Positions 27,190-44,125 of a stretch of 64,000 nucleotides of DNA are shown here, piece by piece. Positions within the stretch are counted from its first letter, which is position 1, and the number at the start of each line of letters is the position of its first letter. Source of the stretch: the human T2T-CHM13v2.0 reference genome, Homo sapiens; NCBI RefSeq assembly GCF_009914755.1, contig NC_060926.1; one strand, given 5' to 3'. Position numbers and translations under genes: made by a program. Below the pieces are notes generated by a model that made no database searches, was not told the origin of the DNA, and worked only from the letters and a program-made list of their open reading frames with translations.

Positions 27190-29065
27190 TTTTTGCTTAA
27201 ATGTCATGTTTCTGAGATTTAGTCATGTCCAGGCATATATTTCTATTGCTTAGTAGTATTACTGTGTATAAACATGCAACAATTGCTTATTTATTTTCTT
27301 GCTAATGGATGTTGAACTTGTTTCTAATTTTTCAACATTACAAATAATATCTTAACATATTTCTTCATATGTATATGTAGATAATCCATATATATATATA
27401 CACACACACATATGTGTGTGTGTGTTAGTGAAAGTCTCTATACACAGAGACGTCCATCGTCCTACAAGTAGAATTGTTGGATTATAGTGTATGTACATCT
27501 TCACATTTGTTAGATATTTGCAAATTGCTCCTCAAAGTAACTTAACTAATTTATAGTTCTAGTAGCAGTGTATGAGCTTACTCTTTTTCTTCATCTTTGA
27601 CAAAGCTTAGTATTGTAAGGCTGTTTACATGTTGCCAATCTTATGGTTATAAAATGATATCTCATTGTATTAATGTGCATTTTGCTGATTACGACTGAGG
27701 CTGATTATCCTTTTTGTATTTACAGGCCATTCAGTTATTTGTTGATTACTTATTGATTGGGAAGAACTTTTATAAATTCCAGGCATTCATTGTTTATCAA
27801 ATACATGTTTTACAACATCTTCCCTCTTTTAATATATCCACATAATGTGGCTTGCTTTTATTAAAATTTGAATGTTGATAAAATTACTAATATAGCTTTA
27901 TAGTAATCTTCAAGTCTTGTTTATAAAATTCTTCCTTATCCTGATGTTTTCTAAAAGTTTTTGTTTTTTAAATTTAGATTTTTAAGTACCTGGCATTTTT
28001 TTTGTTGTTGTTATCAGGTGGATACCCAGTTTTTAAAATTCCATATAGTCAATTACTAATTTAGTAGTGTGCCAAGTTTCTGCATTTTGCTCATTAGATC
28101 TATCTAGTATCTATCCTAGTATCAACAAATAATATGTGCTGTTTTCTTTTTATAACTAATTAATTAATTATGTTTTATTTATTATTCCTTAATTATAGAT
28201 CTTGATATCTGGCAAAGAAAGTTTCACCTTTTTGTTGTCTACAAAATTGGTTCTGTCAATTTTTAGAACTTGATTCTTCCATATGAGTTTTAGACCTGTT
28301 GGTAAATTCCTATAGGGTATTCATTTGAATTGCATTAAATTTCCAGATTATTTAGTGGAGAATTAATTATAATGTCAAGTCACTTCATTAGGGAGCTTAC
28401 TGAATCTTTACACATAGTCAGGTCTTTTTTTATGTCCTTCATCAACCGTAATTTTCTTTTAAAAGGTCTTATATATCTTTTTCTAGGCCCTTTTTGATTA
28501 TTGCTACTACCGTATTATTTTCTAATTAGTTTTTTTTGGAAAGCTATTAATTTTTGAACACTGGTCTTATATCCAAAAAATTTTGCTGTCCTCTCTTATT
28601 AATAAAAGTTTATTTATGAACTTTTGATTTTTTTCCTACATCCAATCATATTGCTTGAAAACAAAAACTTTGCCTCTTTTATTCTGATTCTTGTACTTTT
28701 ACCTTGTCTTATTGCAAGGACCTTCAGTATGATGTTGAATTGTATGAAACCCACAGTCATAATTATCTTACTGTTAACATTAATAGTACTGCTTTAAAAT
28801 TTTACCATTTACTATGGTATTCATCATAGGTTTTTGCTAAAGATACTTTACAAGGTTAGGGAAACATCTTCTTATTCCTTGTTTAATAAGTTTTTATTTT
28901 TAAAATCATAGTTGAGTGGCTACAATATCAAATGCTTTCTCTGTATCTTATGAAATGATAACATGATTTTTCTTTCTCGGTCTGTTAATGTAGTTAACTA
29001 CATTGATAAATCATCTGATAACCATTCTTTCATGCCAGCACTAAATCTTTCCAGGTCATGTGTTT
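27190..29065 (-). mobile_element. L1ME ORF2/3' region, degraded
   Basis: Antisense L1 motifs throughout, e.g. ttcttccatatgagttttaga, tgaattgcattaaat, ccttcagtatgatgttgaat. Confidence 0.7.
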
Positions 29066-29693
29066 TGTTTTGGTTTAAATCCATAGTTAAAAATTAGAGT
29101 GTTTTTAACTCAAGATTATGTGCATTTGATGTATTCTACAAGAGACAGAATCATTTTCTCAGACTCAGATCTTTATTTTATGATTGCTGTAATTAGATAA
29201 GATTATGAAACTTTCACTGTTATGCCGGTGATTTGAATGTAAAGCAGTTTTATTTAAATCAATATAATTTAATAAAAACATATTTAAATTTTGGGTTAGA
29301 TTAAAAATTTTCTCTATTGCCAATACTTGGTTTGAACTCAATTAGGCTCTCTTTACATAAGAGACTACATTAAACACAGACATATATGAGGTATTTTTGA
29401 GACATTTGAATGTAATATATTGTAATTTTACCATTTATTTTGTCTCCTAAATTGACATTTAAATAATCAGAATCTCTAGCTCAATATTCAAATTAACATT
29501 TTCTTCCCTTAAAATGGTGGGTTACCTCCTTCCTGGAAGGAGCGGAATGTGAGTAACATTTCTTCCTTTCCATGTTTTTCTCAATCAAATGGCACAAAGG
29601 ATTTTCTTGACTGCTTGAAAACTAAAAACAGTTTCCCAGAGTTTATTAAGTTCATATTAATTTTTAATGCAAATACCTGTTATTAAAACTCTA

Positions 29694-30059
<366 letters not shown>

Positions 30060-30923
30060 TCAGTAATTCTATAGGATTTTTGGGTTCTTTACATTAAGTT
30101 GAATACAAACATAACATGAGTTACAAAAGATTAAAACACAGAAGTAATATTAAGGAGCAATAAATGTCATATGAAATCCCTAAGTGGAAAATAATAGATA
30201 TTCTATTTTACCATTATTTTAAATTAGAAATTATTTACATTAAATTATTTTAAAACAATTATTACCACTACCAGTATGACTCGACTGCCTATGATCAGAA
30301 AGGACAGAAAAAAGATGTCTGAAACAACTGCTGATTTAGACTTCCATTCTTTTTGAGTTATATTCCTGCTAATGATATGTGTTTAACATTATATGAGTAA
30401 GAACTAAGGAATTTAATCTAAGAAATGGAAGTTACAGGTGCATTAAAAGAAATTAGTAGGTGTTTTTTCAGCCTAAAAAAAAAAGGCCTTATGAGATAAG
30501 TTATTCGTATTTTATTTGGTTTTGGTGACAAGGGTGAATTTTTGAATTGATAATCTAACATTTATTTTCTGTAGCTCTCTTTCTCTGATCTTTTTATTGG
30601 ACATTTGTTAATTTTTATTAATCTTAGAAATGATTCTCACTCAAAATAAAAATAATTTTAAGAAATCTTAAGAATGAGTGAAGCACATTCCATGCATTTT
30701 AATCTAAAGAATAATAGAGAATTGTTTATGTATTTATAACAAGTAAATGTGAAAAACTGAAATTCCCTGCTTAATAAATTAAGAATGTCTAACCTGATGT
30801 CTTGTATAGCTGTCCAATCACATACTGCTTACACTTTAAAGATCAAATTTATCTTTAACATTTGAAAAAAGAAAGAAGAAAAAAGAAAGAAAGAAGCATG
30901 ATTAACACATCAGAAATCTAGAA

Positions 30924-31132
30924 CAGGGCTTTCCAATAGCATTTTCTGCAATTATAGAAATGTTCTATATCTGCACTGACCAATACAATAGCTAGGAACA
31001 ACATGAGGATGCTGAGCACTGGAAATGTGGCTAGTAAAAGACCAAATTTTAAATTTTATTTAATTTTAATTAATTTAATCTTAAGCACAAATATCCACAT
31101 GTGGCTAGTGGCCACCGTACTGAACAGTGGAG
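30924..31132. mobile_element. MER3 (hAT-Charlie)
   Basis: tccaatagcattttctgc..gaaatgttctatatctgcactg..ccacatgtggctagtggc. Confidence 0.85.
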
Positions 31133-32799
31133 GCCAAGAATCTTAGATTTTCCAAACTTATCATTAAAGCTATAATCTATTACAATTTCAACATAACTCT
31201 TGCTTTCTTCTATAGAATGTGTGCATCAAATTTGAAGTTCAAGTATCAATTATTAAAACCTGTTTGTTAATATTTAACATATATAGAGCAACTTAACCTT
31301 CTAAATAGTATATTGCCCCAAACTGGAAAGATCCTGCGCAGAGCAAATGAAAATTTTTATTCTATGTAGGGAGAGCTGATAAAGAGTATGTTTGACCAGT
31401 GTATTTCTACTAGTTTCCATGCCAACAGAATTTTTATTATCATGATATTTGATGGTAATTAACATAATGAAATGAGTATAGAATACTCATCCTAAAAGCA
31501 TTTTATTTTCTGGTAATGTGAAGAATCTCCAACTAGGATTACTTTTAGTTGCTTCCATTAAGTAGAATTTTTCCACAAAGTCTAGTTATAATAAAACTCA
31601 GAAGACCAGAAAAATAACTTAATATTTGAAACATATTAATTTCTTTTTAATTTGGACCCTTCACTGAGGTCCATATTTTCAAGGGAAATTAAACTGTCCT
31701 GTAATACAGCTATGTATTACATTAACATTTTAAGAGCTAGAAATAATAAGAAACCACATTTTTGCACTGCAAATAACTACTGTTAAAAAATCTTTTATGT
31801 AAATCCTTTTATTGCTTAGTATTTAAATTGTAAATTAAAAATTGATGAAAAATCATTACATATATTCTGTCTGGGGAATCAAAGGGAACAAAAATAATTT
31901 TCTCAGACCCTGGACTCAAAAGCCAGATTCTACATTTTGGTTTTTCAAAAAATATTTCTATAAATTATTTCATTCCAGATTAAGAAATAATACATAATTA
32001 CACAATTTACTATGTCTAATTATTTTTTGTATGTGTGGCTGAATTGCAGCCATTAAATATTGTGTAGACTTTCTCTAATATGTCTTCATATTTTAAACAC
32101 ATATATGTATATACACATATGCATACAGAATTCTATATATACATACAGAATTGAAACCAAAATAGAACCCCTTTATTAATACTGTTTGAACAAAATCATT
32201 AGTCAATTCAAACACACAGAGACACGTATGATGGCTAAAATGTTTTGAATAGCCAAAATATAATTGTCAAAACTTTAGAAATGATTCATACAAATATAAA
32301 ACAAAGACATGTCAAAGATTTTAAAAATAATTAATAAGTAAACCAGCAGAATGGTAAAGCTGATTAAGAGGAGAACTTTATGAACAGCAATTGGTATCAT
32401 CAGTCTGGAAAGGGTGGTGAAATAAGTTGGCTAAGTTTGAGACAAACTTGATTCATGTCCTAATTAATGTCCTATAAGGAAGTAAAACATAACCTTTGGG
32501 ATGTTCTTTTCTTCTGGAAAGATGTAATTTGAATCTGCCATGGACAAAAGCATACAATTTAGCATGCAATTTCTATAGTTAAGCTCTAACCAATAATAAA
32601 TATAAGTGCAACAAAAAAAAGTATATCCCCTACAGAATTAAGTAGTCCTTTGAATATGCGTTTCAGACAATGCTCCAGTAAGACGGTGAAAGGACATGCA
32701 GACATTCTTTTTTTCTTATTTCCAAGTTTTATACAAATTTTTTTAACAGAAAGGAAGTATTGTTTTAATTTTTTAATCAAGATAATTCTTTTAAAAATC

Positions 32800-33098
32800 A
32801 GACTGAGCACAATGGCTCATTCCTGTAATACGAGCACTTTGGGAGGCCAAGTTGGGCAGATTGCTTGAGCACAGGAGTTCAAGACCAGCCTGGGCAACAT
32901 GGTAAAACCCTGTCTATACAAAAAAAAAAAAAAAAAAATAGCCAGTCTTGGTGGAATGTACCTGTAGTCCAAGCTACTTGGGAAGCTGAGATGGGAGGAT
33001 GGATTGAGCTAGGAAGGTTGAGGCTACAGTGAGCTGTGATCGAGTCACTGCACTCTAGCCTGGGCAACAGAGCAAGACCCTATCTCAAGAAAAAAAAA
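32800..33098 (+). mobile_element. AluJ
   Basis: ttgcttgagcacaggagttcaagaccagcctgggcaacat..ggttgaggctacagtgagctgtgatc; long central A-run. Confidence 0.92.
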
Positions 33099-33514
33099 GT
33101 CAAAACACTTCACTATAATAGAAAGTCATAGTTTATTTCTTGAAAAGCTTTTGAGAAATACATAATTTTATTTTGTGATTTATGAGCCAAGTTTTACCAA
33201 AGCTGATAACCTTGGAAAAAAGAATTTTATATATTTTAATATGGGAACAGAAAGAATTCAAGAATCATTTCAGTTATAAATGTTGATCAAACTAGCAGTC
33301 AGGTCTGTATACAGACAGTGTAGAGCACAATCATTCCAGTTTTCTGTCAATGATATCACTACCATTGTAGAGACCAATCTGCTGCCATCTGTCAGACTAA
33401 GACTGCAAAAACTAAAAAGAGTCTTTGGTAGAGTTCTATTTTTTGGGGGTTGGGTGGGGTGGAGTATAAAACCTAAAACTGAAACATGACCATTATAAAG
33501 AGAAGAATCTCCAC

Positions 33515-33648
33515 GTCTTCTCGCTCCCTCCCTCTCTCCATTTTCTTTCCTTTTCGTTGGTTCCTTCCTTCCTTCCTTCCCTCCCTCCCTCCATTCCTTC
33601 CTTTTTTCCTTCCTTCCTTCCTTCTACTCTTTCTCTTTCTTTCTTTCT
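33515..33648 (+). repeat. CT-rich/(TTCC)n low-complexity tract
   Basis: Seen directly. Confidence 0.9.
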
Positions 33649-33959
33649 AGATTAAGGAAACATATGTTCCCCTTCGTATATCCTTTGGGATATAAGGTGA
33701 GAAAACCTGAACAGCCCACAATTTGGTGAAGTAAGGAGACCACAATAAGCAGCAGATAAAACATACAATGACAGGTGCTTCTCCAAGAAAAAAGCCTGTG
33801 CAGGCTGGGTTTCTTTCTAAAGTGGGAAGTTAAAGCAACGGGAAACCACCAGGTAGGATGTTTTTCCTATATTGGATGGTGGCACAAAGTTCTCTTCCAA
33901 ATTATTCCAGGGATGCAATGCAATGCATATCAAGTCAATGGAGGGGGCCATCTGCAATA

Positions 33960-34420
33960 TTAGATATTAAAACATATTTTAAGCCTACAATAGCAAAAAC
34001 AAGGCACTGACACAAGAATAGATAAAAGGCCCTATTGCAGACACAAATTCAGCATAAGAAAAATGGTGTTTTAAAAAGATTTGTGCCAATAATTTTGGAT
34101 TATATTTTTATTTTCTTTCTTTATGAGTGTTTCTCTTTTATATAACTTTAAGAATAGACCTGAATTATAATATCACATATATACCATATTTTATCAAAGT
34201 TCAGAATTATGTGGTAACCATAATATATACACAAACATACATAAACATTACATCTCACACTTTCATTAAATTGAAAAGTAAAGTAGGGTTTTCTTTGATC
34301 TCACTTGTCAAAATTAAAGAATAATGATGTATGTATAATAAAAAAACAAGGAAAGATACAAAGTCTCTCATTGCTAAGATTGGGTTATAGAAAGATTACT
34401 TTACCATACACTGCCCAACA
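33960..34420 (+). mobile_element. Very degraded L1ME ORF2 3' fragment
   Basis: aagcctacaatagcaaaaacaaggcactgacacaagaatagata motif. Confidence 0.45.
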
Positions 34421-35083
34421 TTTTAGGTTTCTCTGTTTTTCATCAAAGCAGATCTGGCAGAGAAACACATGTTTTCAGTGTTGCTCCATGAAAAGATAAT
34501 CTTCATTTTAGTATTCATTATGCACAATGTATGCAAAATGCAATGAGCCAACTGACTCACACTTTGGTGTCATGCAAATAAAACCTAAACACAAGAAAGT
34601 GTAACATCTAGTAAAATGTGCATAAAACCACAAAGGCTAAGATAAGAAAATGGATAGCTAAAAAATGCAATTAGCACATTCACTGAGGGCAACCAGTAGA
34701 ATTTGGAGATGAGCCAGACAAATATAATTCTGTGCTTTTGGCTAAGAATAATGTTACCATTATAGGCAAATAGAGGCTCACATTTGCAGAACAGTTTCTG
34801 AATTTGATAGGAAGAAAAAAGAGCTTCTATGAAGATAGGTGGAAGGCAGACACATAAGTGTGTCAAAATGTGATCCTTTTTAATAAAAGGTAAGTGTGTA
34901 TACTTCTTGATTTTTTCATGACCTTCTGATGTTTCAAGTAGTGTTCATGTTATTTTCCAATATTAGAGAAAATATTATTTAATCATTAACATTTAGTAAT
35001 TTAGGTAAGACATAGGCCCAGGGTTTCTTCATAAAGACACGAAGATTTATTGCCTTTTCCCCACAGAATAATGGATAGTTGAA

Positions 35084-35133
35084 TGTGTGTGTGTGTGTGT
35101 GTGTTGGGGGGTATGTGTATTTATATATATATA
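35084..35133 (+). repeat. (TG)n and (TA)n microsatellite
   Basis: Seen directly. Confidence 0.9.
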
Positions 35134-36419
35134 GTATATGGATTGATTATTCGTAGTTTGAATGCTTGGCTTCTTCCAATCAATGAGTACAAAATCAGCT
35201 TGACCATTTGTGTAAGTGACAAATTAGAATTTATAACAAAACCCATATAGCTCAGATATTTAAGTTACTAATTCTAGCAGACAATCAGGCAGTCAATTAT
35301 TCTAAGTAGTTGAATTGGTTTAGGTTGTTGAGATATAACCAGAAATTAGTATGACAATAAAGGATTACTATTCAAGAAGTCAAGCTCAAGTGTGGCAAAA
35401 CAGAGCGGACATGGAAAATGAGGGGGCAGCAAGAGATCATTGGTTTTCTAAAACATAAGAAAGTCGCTGGAAGGAAAGGGATAAAATATAATCTTTTCTA
35501 AGGTCAGCTCTATAAGCAAAATTTAAAAGTCATTCGTCTTTTTCAGTGGTTTTTCAACTTTTTGGATTTGTATCACCACTAATGGTTATCACATATGATC
35601 GGTCACAGTATACCAAGATCTCAGACAACTAGAGAAATGGCCTTAGTCCTCATAGAATTCAAACAGTTACTGAGTCTCTATTTGAGAATAACTGATTATT
35701 CCAAATAAGTACGTTCTTAAAGACTCAAGTGACAACGATCTCTGAATTTGCTAAGTAACCTTCCACGTTACTTGGAAGCCAGCTTGAAAATACACGCACC
35801 AACCTTCTCTTCTTTCCCTCAGCAAGTCCTAACCTGCTCCACAGCAAAGCACAGGACCCCTTTTGCTCCATATTCCATCTGACAGACATTGCAATGACCA
35901 TATGTATTCTTAGTTGTCACCAAAATACATTTTACACATAGCAAAATTTGGCAGCATACCCGGGAAACATTTGTGGTACATTCCCATATGCCCCGGCATG
36001 CCAGTGGAGGGCAACTGATTCAGTTGATTATTGCAGTCACATAAGAGGCAAACAAAAATGTTTGATAAACATGACCTGCAACATAGTTTAAAAAAAAAAA
36101 AGAATGGACAAGTAACTCCTAGTTGACACCGGTTTGGAGGAGGAAAAGGCATTTGTGAGGAAGAATGGAATATGATTTTAAATTTGAGATATTCACATTG
36201 GATTCTCTATTTTCTTTTAATTGACACTGGAGCATATCCAAATGTTTGCTGTTGATGAGTGTTTATATGGTGGAAAGGTGCAATCTGTGAGCTACAAGAG
36301 GATCATGACAGCTGGTGATTTATTTCTAGTTAATTTTTTTCAAGTATATTCTTTGAAATTATTTGTTCAGGAGAAACTGAGAAGTGAAATAAAATTCCTT
36401 ATTGAGTGCTTTGCTGTCA

Positions 36420-36640
36420 ATCTCAGTTTGAGTTCCAGTACTACGAGGGACTAGCTGTGCAACTCTGGGCATGGTGCTTAATCTAGGCCTTAGTTTTCAT
36501 ATTTGTAAAATGTGGTCAATTGATAAAGACCTCTCTCATAGAGTTGTTACGAGGATTAAGTAAGATAATACGTAGAAAGCATTTAGCACAGTGTCTAAAA
36601 ATAGTAAGTTCTTAAAAACTGCAACCTGTTATTATCATCC
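36420..36640 (+). mobile_element. MIR
   Basis: ctagctgtgcaactctgggc..ttttcatatttgtaaaatg..gagttgttacgaggattaagtaagataat..aaagcatttagcacagtgtct. Confidence 0.85.
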
Positions 36641-38863
36641 AACTTACTTGTGACTACATCCAGATATTTAAACACTTGGAAGTAAAGCAAATATAAATGT
36701 AACTCTGAATCACACAATAGAAAAATTTAGAAGTCATAGGTCCTGAGAAGCTTAAATCACTAAGATAATGGCGAACGGCTTCCAGGAAACAGTCTGAAGA
36801 AGAGGAATATGGAAACAAAAATTATTTGGTATAAAAACACAACTATCATTTAATCTAAGATTTATGAGAGCCAAAGCATACAAATTCATTCCTTCAGTTC
36901 TTCTTTGAAATGTTTCCACATATCCTAAGCAGGGAGGAAGACACAAGGCACTGGGAGTCTCATGATTCTGTGAAACCAAATGAAGGAAATCAATTAGAAT
37001 AATGATTGGTTTTCATTACCGAGTACTGTTTTGAAATCTATCTGGCAGGCATCAATTTTCTGTTTCCAGAGGTATCCAGAAAGTAGTTCTGTAAAGATAT
37101 TTTATTTGCTAAAATAAAATGGATATTCCCAAAGAAGAGCAAGGGTAATTTTGCCACCAGATATTGTAATACAAAATAAAGACTTTGAATATTTGAGAAA
37201 ACAAAGTAGGATGAACGGGTACTTGCTGAGAGAAATGACAGCCTGACATAATTAGGATCCAGAAAGCCACTTTGGAGAGAAGCACACCTGAGAGCAGTCT
37301 CTGCCAAGGCCACTGCCCACCCCAGCAGTCAGACTGGCCTGAGGTTGAGCATCCTTTAGAATCTAGTTACAATAGAGTTATTTCTCAGGTCCTTGAATGG
37401 TAGCTTGAGTTCGTCTTTTACATATCCATCTTCTAGTTACAGTCTATGGTACAACATCAACTTCAAAGTTGGTCTTTCATTTTTTAAGGAAGATTGAAAT
37501 TTACAAAATAAAATGCCACAGTCTTCCATGGTCAATGACAACATCTTTCAAAATGTGAGATCGATTTAGTTGGGTAGCTCCCTGCTGTGCTGTAGCTTCT
37601 TAAACATCAAGAAGTTAAAAAAGAAAAAAAAAAAAAGCTGAGTTAAGAAAACTAGAAGGCATAGTTCTTCTTCATTTAAAAAATAGAAGTAAATCTTAGA
37701 AAAAATGAAATCCATGAATTTCTAATCAATTTATGTAAAGAAATTCAGAGCCATTTAAAGTTTAAAGGTTTTTATGGGCCTTTTAACAATTCTCATAATT
37801 TTTGTTTATTGTAAAGGTCATTTCACCCTATAAATTAATTCAATCTATCCTCAAATATCTCACCAAAGAGGTAAAGACCAGTCTTAACACATCAACAAAC
37901 TATGTTACTCTCAGGATCTAACTTTTGCCCTCCAGTAAAAAAGTAGTAGTTCAAGAAAATTAGAAATTATTTAAATCATTATATGACTTTACTGTATTTT
38001 TTCTTACATCAGTATTAGAAATTATTGCAATAAATATCCCAATTTGAATATTTAATTTTAAAACATTCTGAAGTTCCATTTTGACCTAAATGAGGAATTA
38101 TTTTTAAAATTGTTAGCTTAAAACTAGCCTAAAGCTAACTTTCAAATACAAAAAAGTACAAATAATACTTCATATTCTAACTTCTAGAATTTTAAAGCAA
38201 ATATTTCCCTATGGTTCAAACAATTTCAATAATTTCAGTGTAATCATAACTGTCATAATTTTTGTTAGAATTACAGAAATTAAAATTTTAGAATAAGAAA
38301 GAGTCCTCAAAAGATACTAAATGCATCATCCTTCTGTTACAAATGAGATAACAGAGTTGTGGACTGCCAGGGAAGGTGCCTGAATCATGCTGCAGTCATT
38401 GACGTATCCTTTGCTAAAATTTTCAAAATGCAATGCATTTTTCAGCATGCATAACACCATGAAAATTCTATTCTATGAAAAATAATGCACTTTAATTAGA
38501 AGTTGAAAAACATTCACAGGAAACTTGATTCAAGGCAAGGGAAAGGGGAAAGAGGAATTGAGTTTTATAGAGCTCAATCTGCAAACTGTTTGGAATCTTG
38601 TCATTTAATTTCACACTACAAGCAATAGGTTCTACACTGGATCAAACCACAGGTAGAATGACTCATTTGATAAAATAATTTTTTTCCAAGGAAAATAGAG
38701 TAGCTGCCTCATGTTATGGATTCATCAGTAATATATAAGCCAATTATCATTCTACAGAATTGTACGAGTCCAGGCGTTGGCAATTAAAATGAATTAAACT
38801 CTCAGGGAGAAAGTAAACATTTCTGAGTCTAAACCAGATTTGTAGTTCAACTCTATAGTTACA

Positions 38864-39252
38864 TGTTGCCTTAGGCTGGATTTCCCTAGAACTCTGAGAG
38901 TCAAATGGTATTTGAGGTGTCAGTAGCTTATTTTGGACATGATCCTAGGAAGTATGAGTCTGGAAGTAGAGATATGAAACAGAGAAAGAAAGGCAATATA
39001 TGATGTAACTAATGAGCAGATTACCACTGTGGGCAATTGTGACTCAGTCCCACTGGAGACCCCTAGGAGATGATATAAAACAAATTTCAGAGCTGTCATA
39101 TCTGAAAATGAGGAGGCTGAATCTTTTGGTCATTGGTTGTGGGCTGTTCTGAGAGGAGTTAGCTCTCTAGCATTTCTGGTCTTTCCTCCTCTTGGCTGTG
39201 CCTGGAGAAAATCCGAATGGGTATGGATGGTGCATGCACAGTCGTATTACAC
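38864..39252 (-). mobile_element. LTR16-type ERVL solo LTR
   Basis: tgttgccttaggctggatttccc..gagcagattaccactgtgggcaattgtgactcagtcccactgg. Confidence 0.75.
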
Positions 39253-39873
39253 ATATATGTACACGGTAATGTCTCCCTGATTAACACCTCTAGACAAGTG
39301 GTAGTGCACTGAGAGTCTGAATTTACACTGTTCTACTTATAGCAAATAAAAAGATATGATAGTAAGATAGTGTCAGAATGTGGGAATAAAGTGACTGAAA
39401 ATGAACTTATGGAAAATCATAGTGAGCAATAATAGGTTCCTCCAATCTATTAGGGTATAGCTTTAGGTGAAATCTGCCTGTAACTGTAATGTCATATTTC
39501 AACCCTTCTGCAGATTGAATTGCATTATCATGCAATGGATTTAGTCAAACAAACTAAACAAGCATGGATTTAGTCAAAATGAAGTGTTTACCAAAAATAT
39601 CGAAGAACAGCATGAAAGGAACAGCAGCTGGCAATGCTCATGCAATACTCTACCGTGGCTGAAGCTGGGACTTATGGAAAGATGGCCCTCTCTGGTGTTG
39701 GGAGAATCAGGCTCTCAAGGCCTGATATGATGCTATGCATGATGTAGGTCATCTTGCTAGCTCTTATTGTTCTGATCCATGCTTACCAAATAACCTGGAT
39801 AGGTCGGTCTACAAAGAGAACAGTTACTAGGCAGATGATACAGATGTTTGGTCACCATGATGATTTTCTTTTT

Positions 39874-43300
<3,427 letters not shown>

Positions 43301-44124
43301 TGAAGGATATGAACAGACACTTCTCAAAAGAAGACATTTATGCAGCCAACAGACACATGAAAAAATGGTCATCGTCACTGGCCATCAGAGAAATGCAAAT
43401 CAAAACCACAATGTGATAACATCTCACACCAGTTAGAATGGCGATGATTAAAAAGTCAGGAAACAACGGGTGCTGGAGAGGATGTGGAGAAATAGGAACA
43501 CTTTTACACTGTTGGTGGGACTGTGAAGTAGTTCAACCATTATGGAAGTCAGTGTGGCGATTCCTCAGGGATCTAGAACTAGAATTAACATTTGACCCAG
43601 CCATCCCATTACTGGGTATATACCCAAAGGATTATAAATCATGCTGCTATAAAGACACATGCACACATATGTTTATTGCGGCACTATTCACAATATCAAA
43701 GACTTGGAACCAACCCAAATGTCCAACAATGATAGACTGGATTAAGAAAATGTGGCACATATACACCATGGAATACTATGCAGCCATAAAAAATGATGAG
43801 TTAATGTCCTTTGTAGGGTCATGGATGAAGCTGGAAACCATCATTCTCAGCAAACTATCGCAAGGACAAAAAACCAAAGACCGCATGTTCTCACTCATGG
43901 GTGGGAATTGAACAATGAGAACACATGGACACAGGAAGGGGAACAACACACACTGGGGCCTTTTGTGGGGTGGGGGGCAGGGGGGAGGGATAGCATTAGG
44001 AGATATACCTAATGCTAAATGACGAATTAATGGGTGCAGAACACCAATATGGCACATGTATACACATGTAACAAACCTGCACGTTGCGCACATGTACCCT
44101 AAAACTTAAAGTATAATTAAAAAA
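43301..44124 (+). mobile_element. L1PA4/5-type 3' end (non-inverted arm of a twin-primed insertion)
   Basis: ORF2 C-terminus (ORF 43438-43911, CWWDC..RMFSL); 3'UTR aatgctaaatgacga; short A tail; TSD acctacagcta at 44126-44136. Confidence 0.93.
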
Positions 44125-44125
44125 T

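Noticed and set aside
27398-27426. Hairpin (CA)n-TA-(TG)n
   Set aside because: Common by-product of adjacent dinucleotide microsatellites.
43965-43990. G-quadruplex-forming G-runs
   Set aside because: Standard L1 3'UTR polypurine tract.
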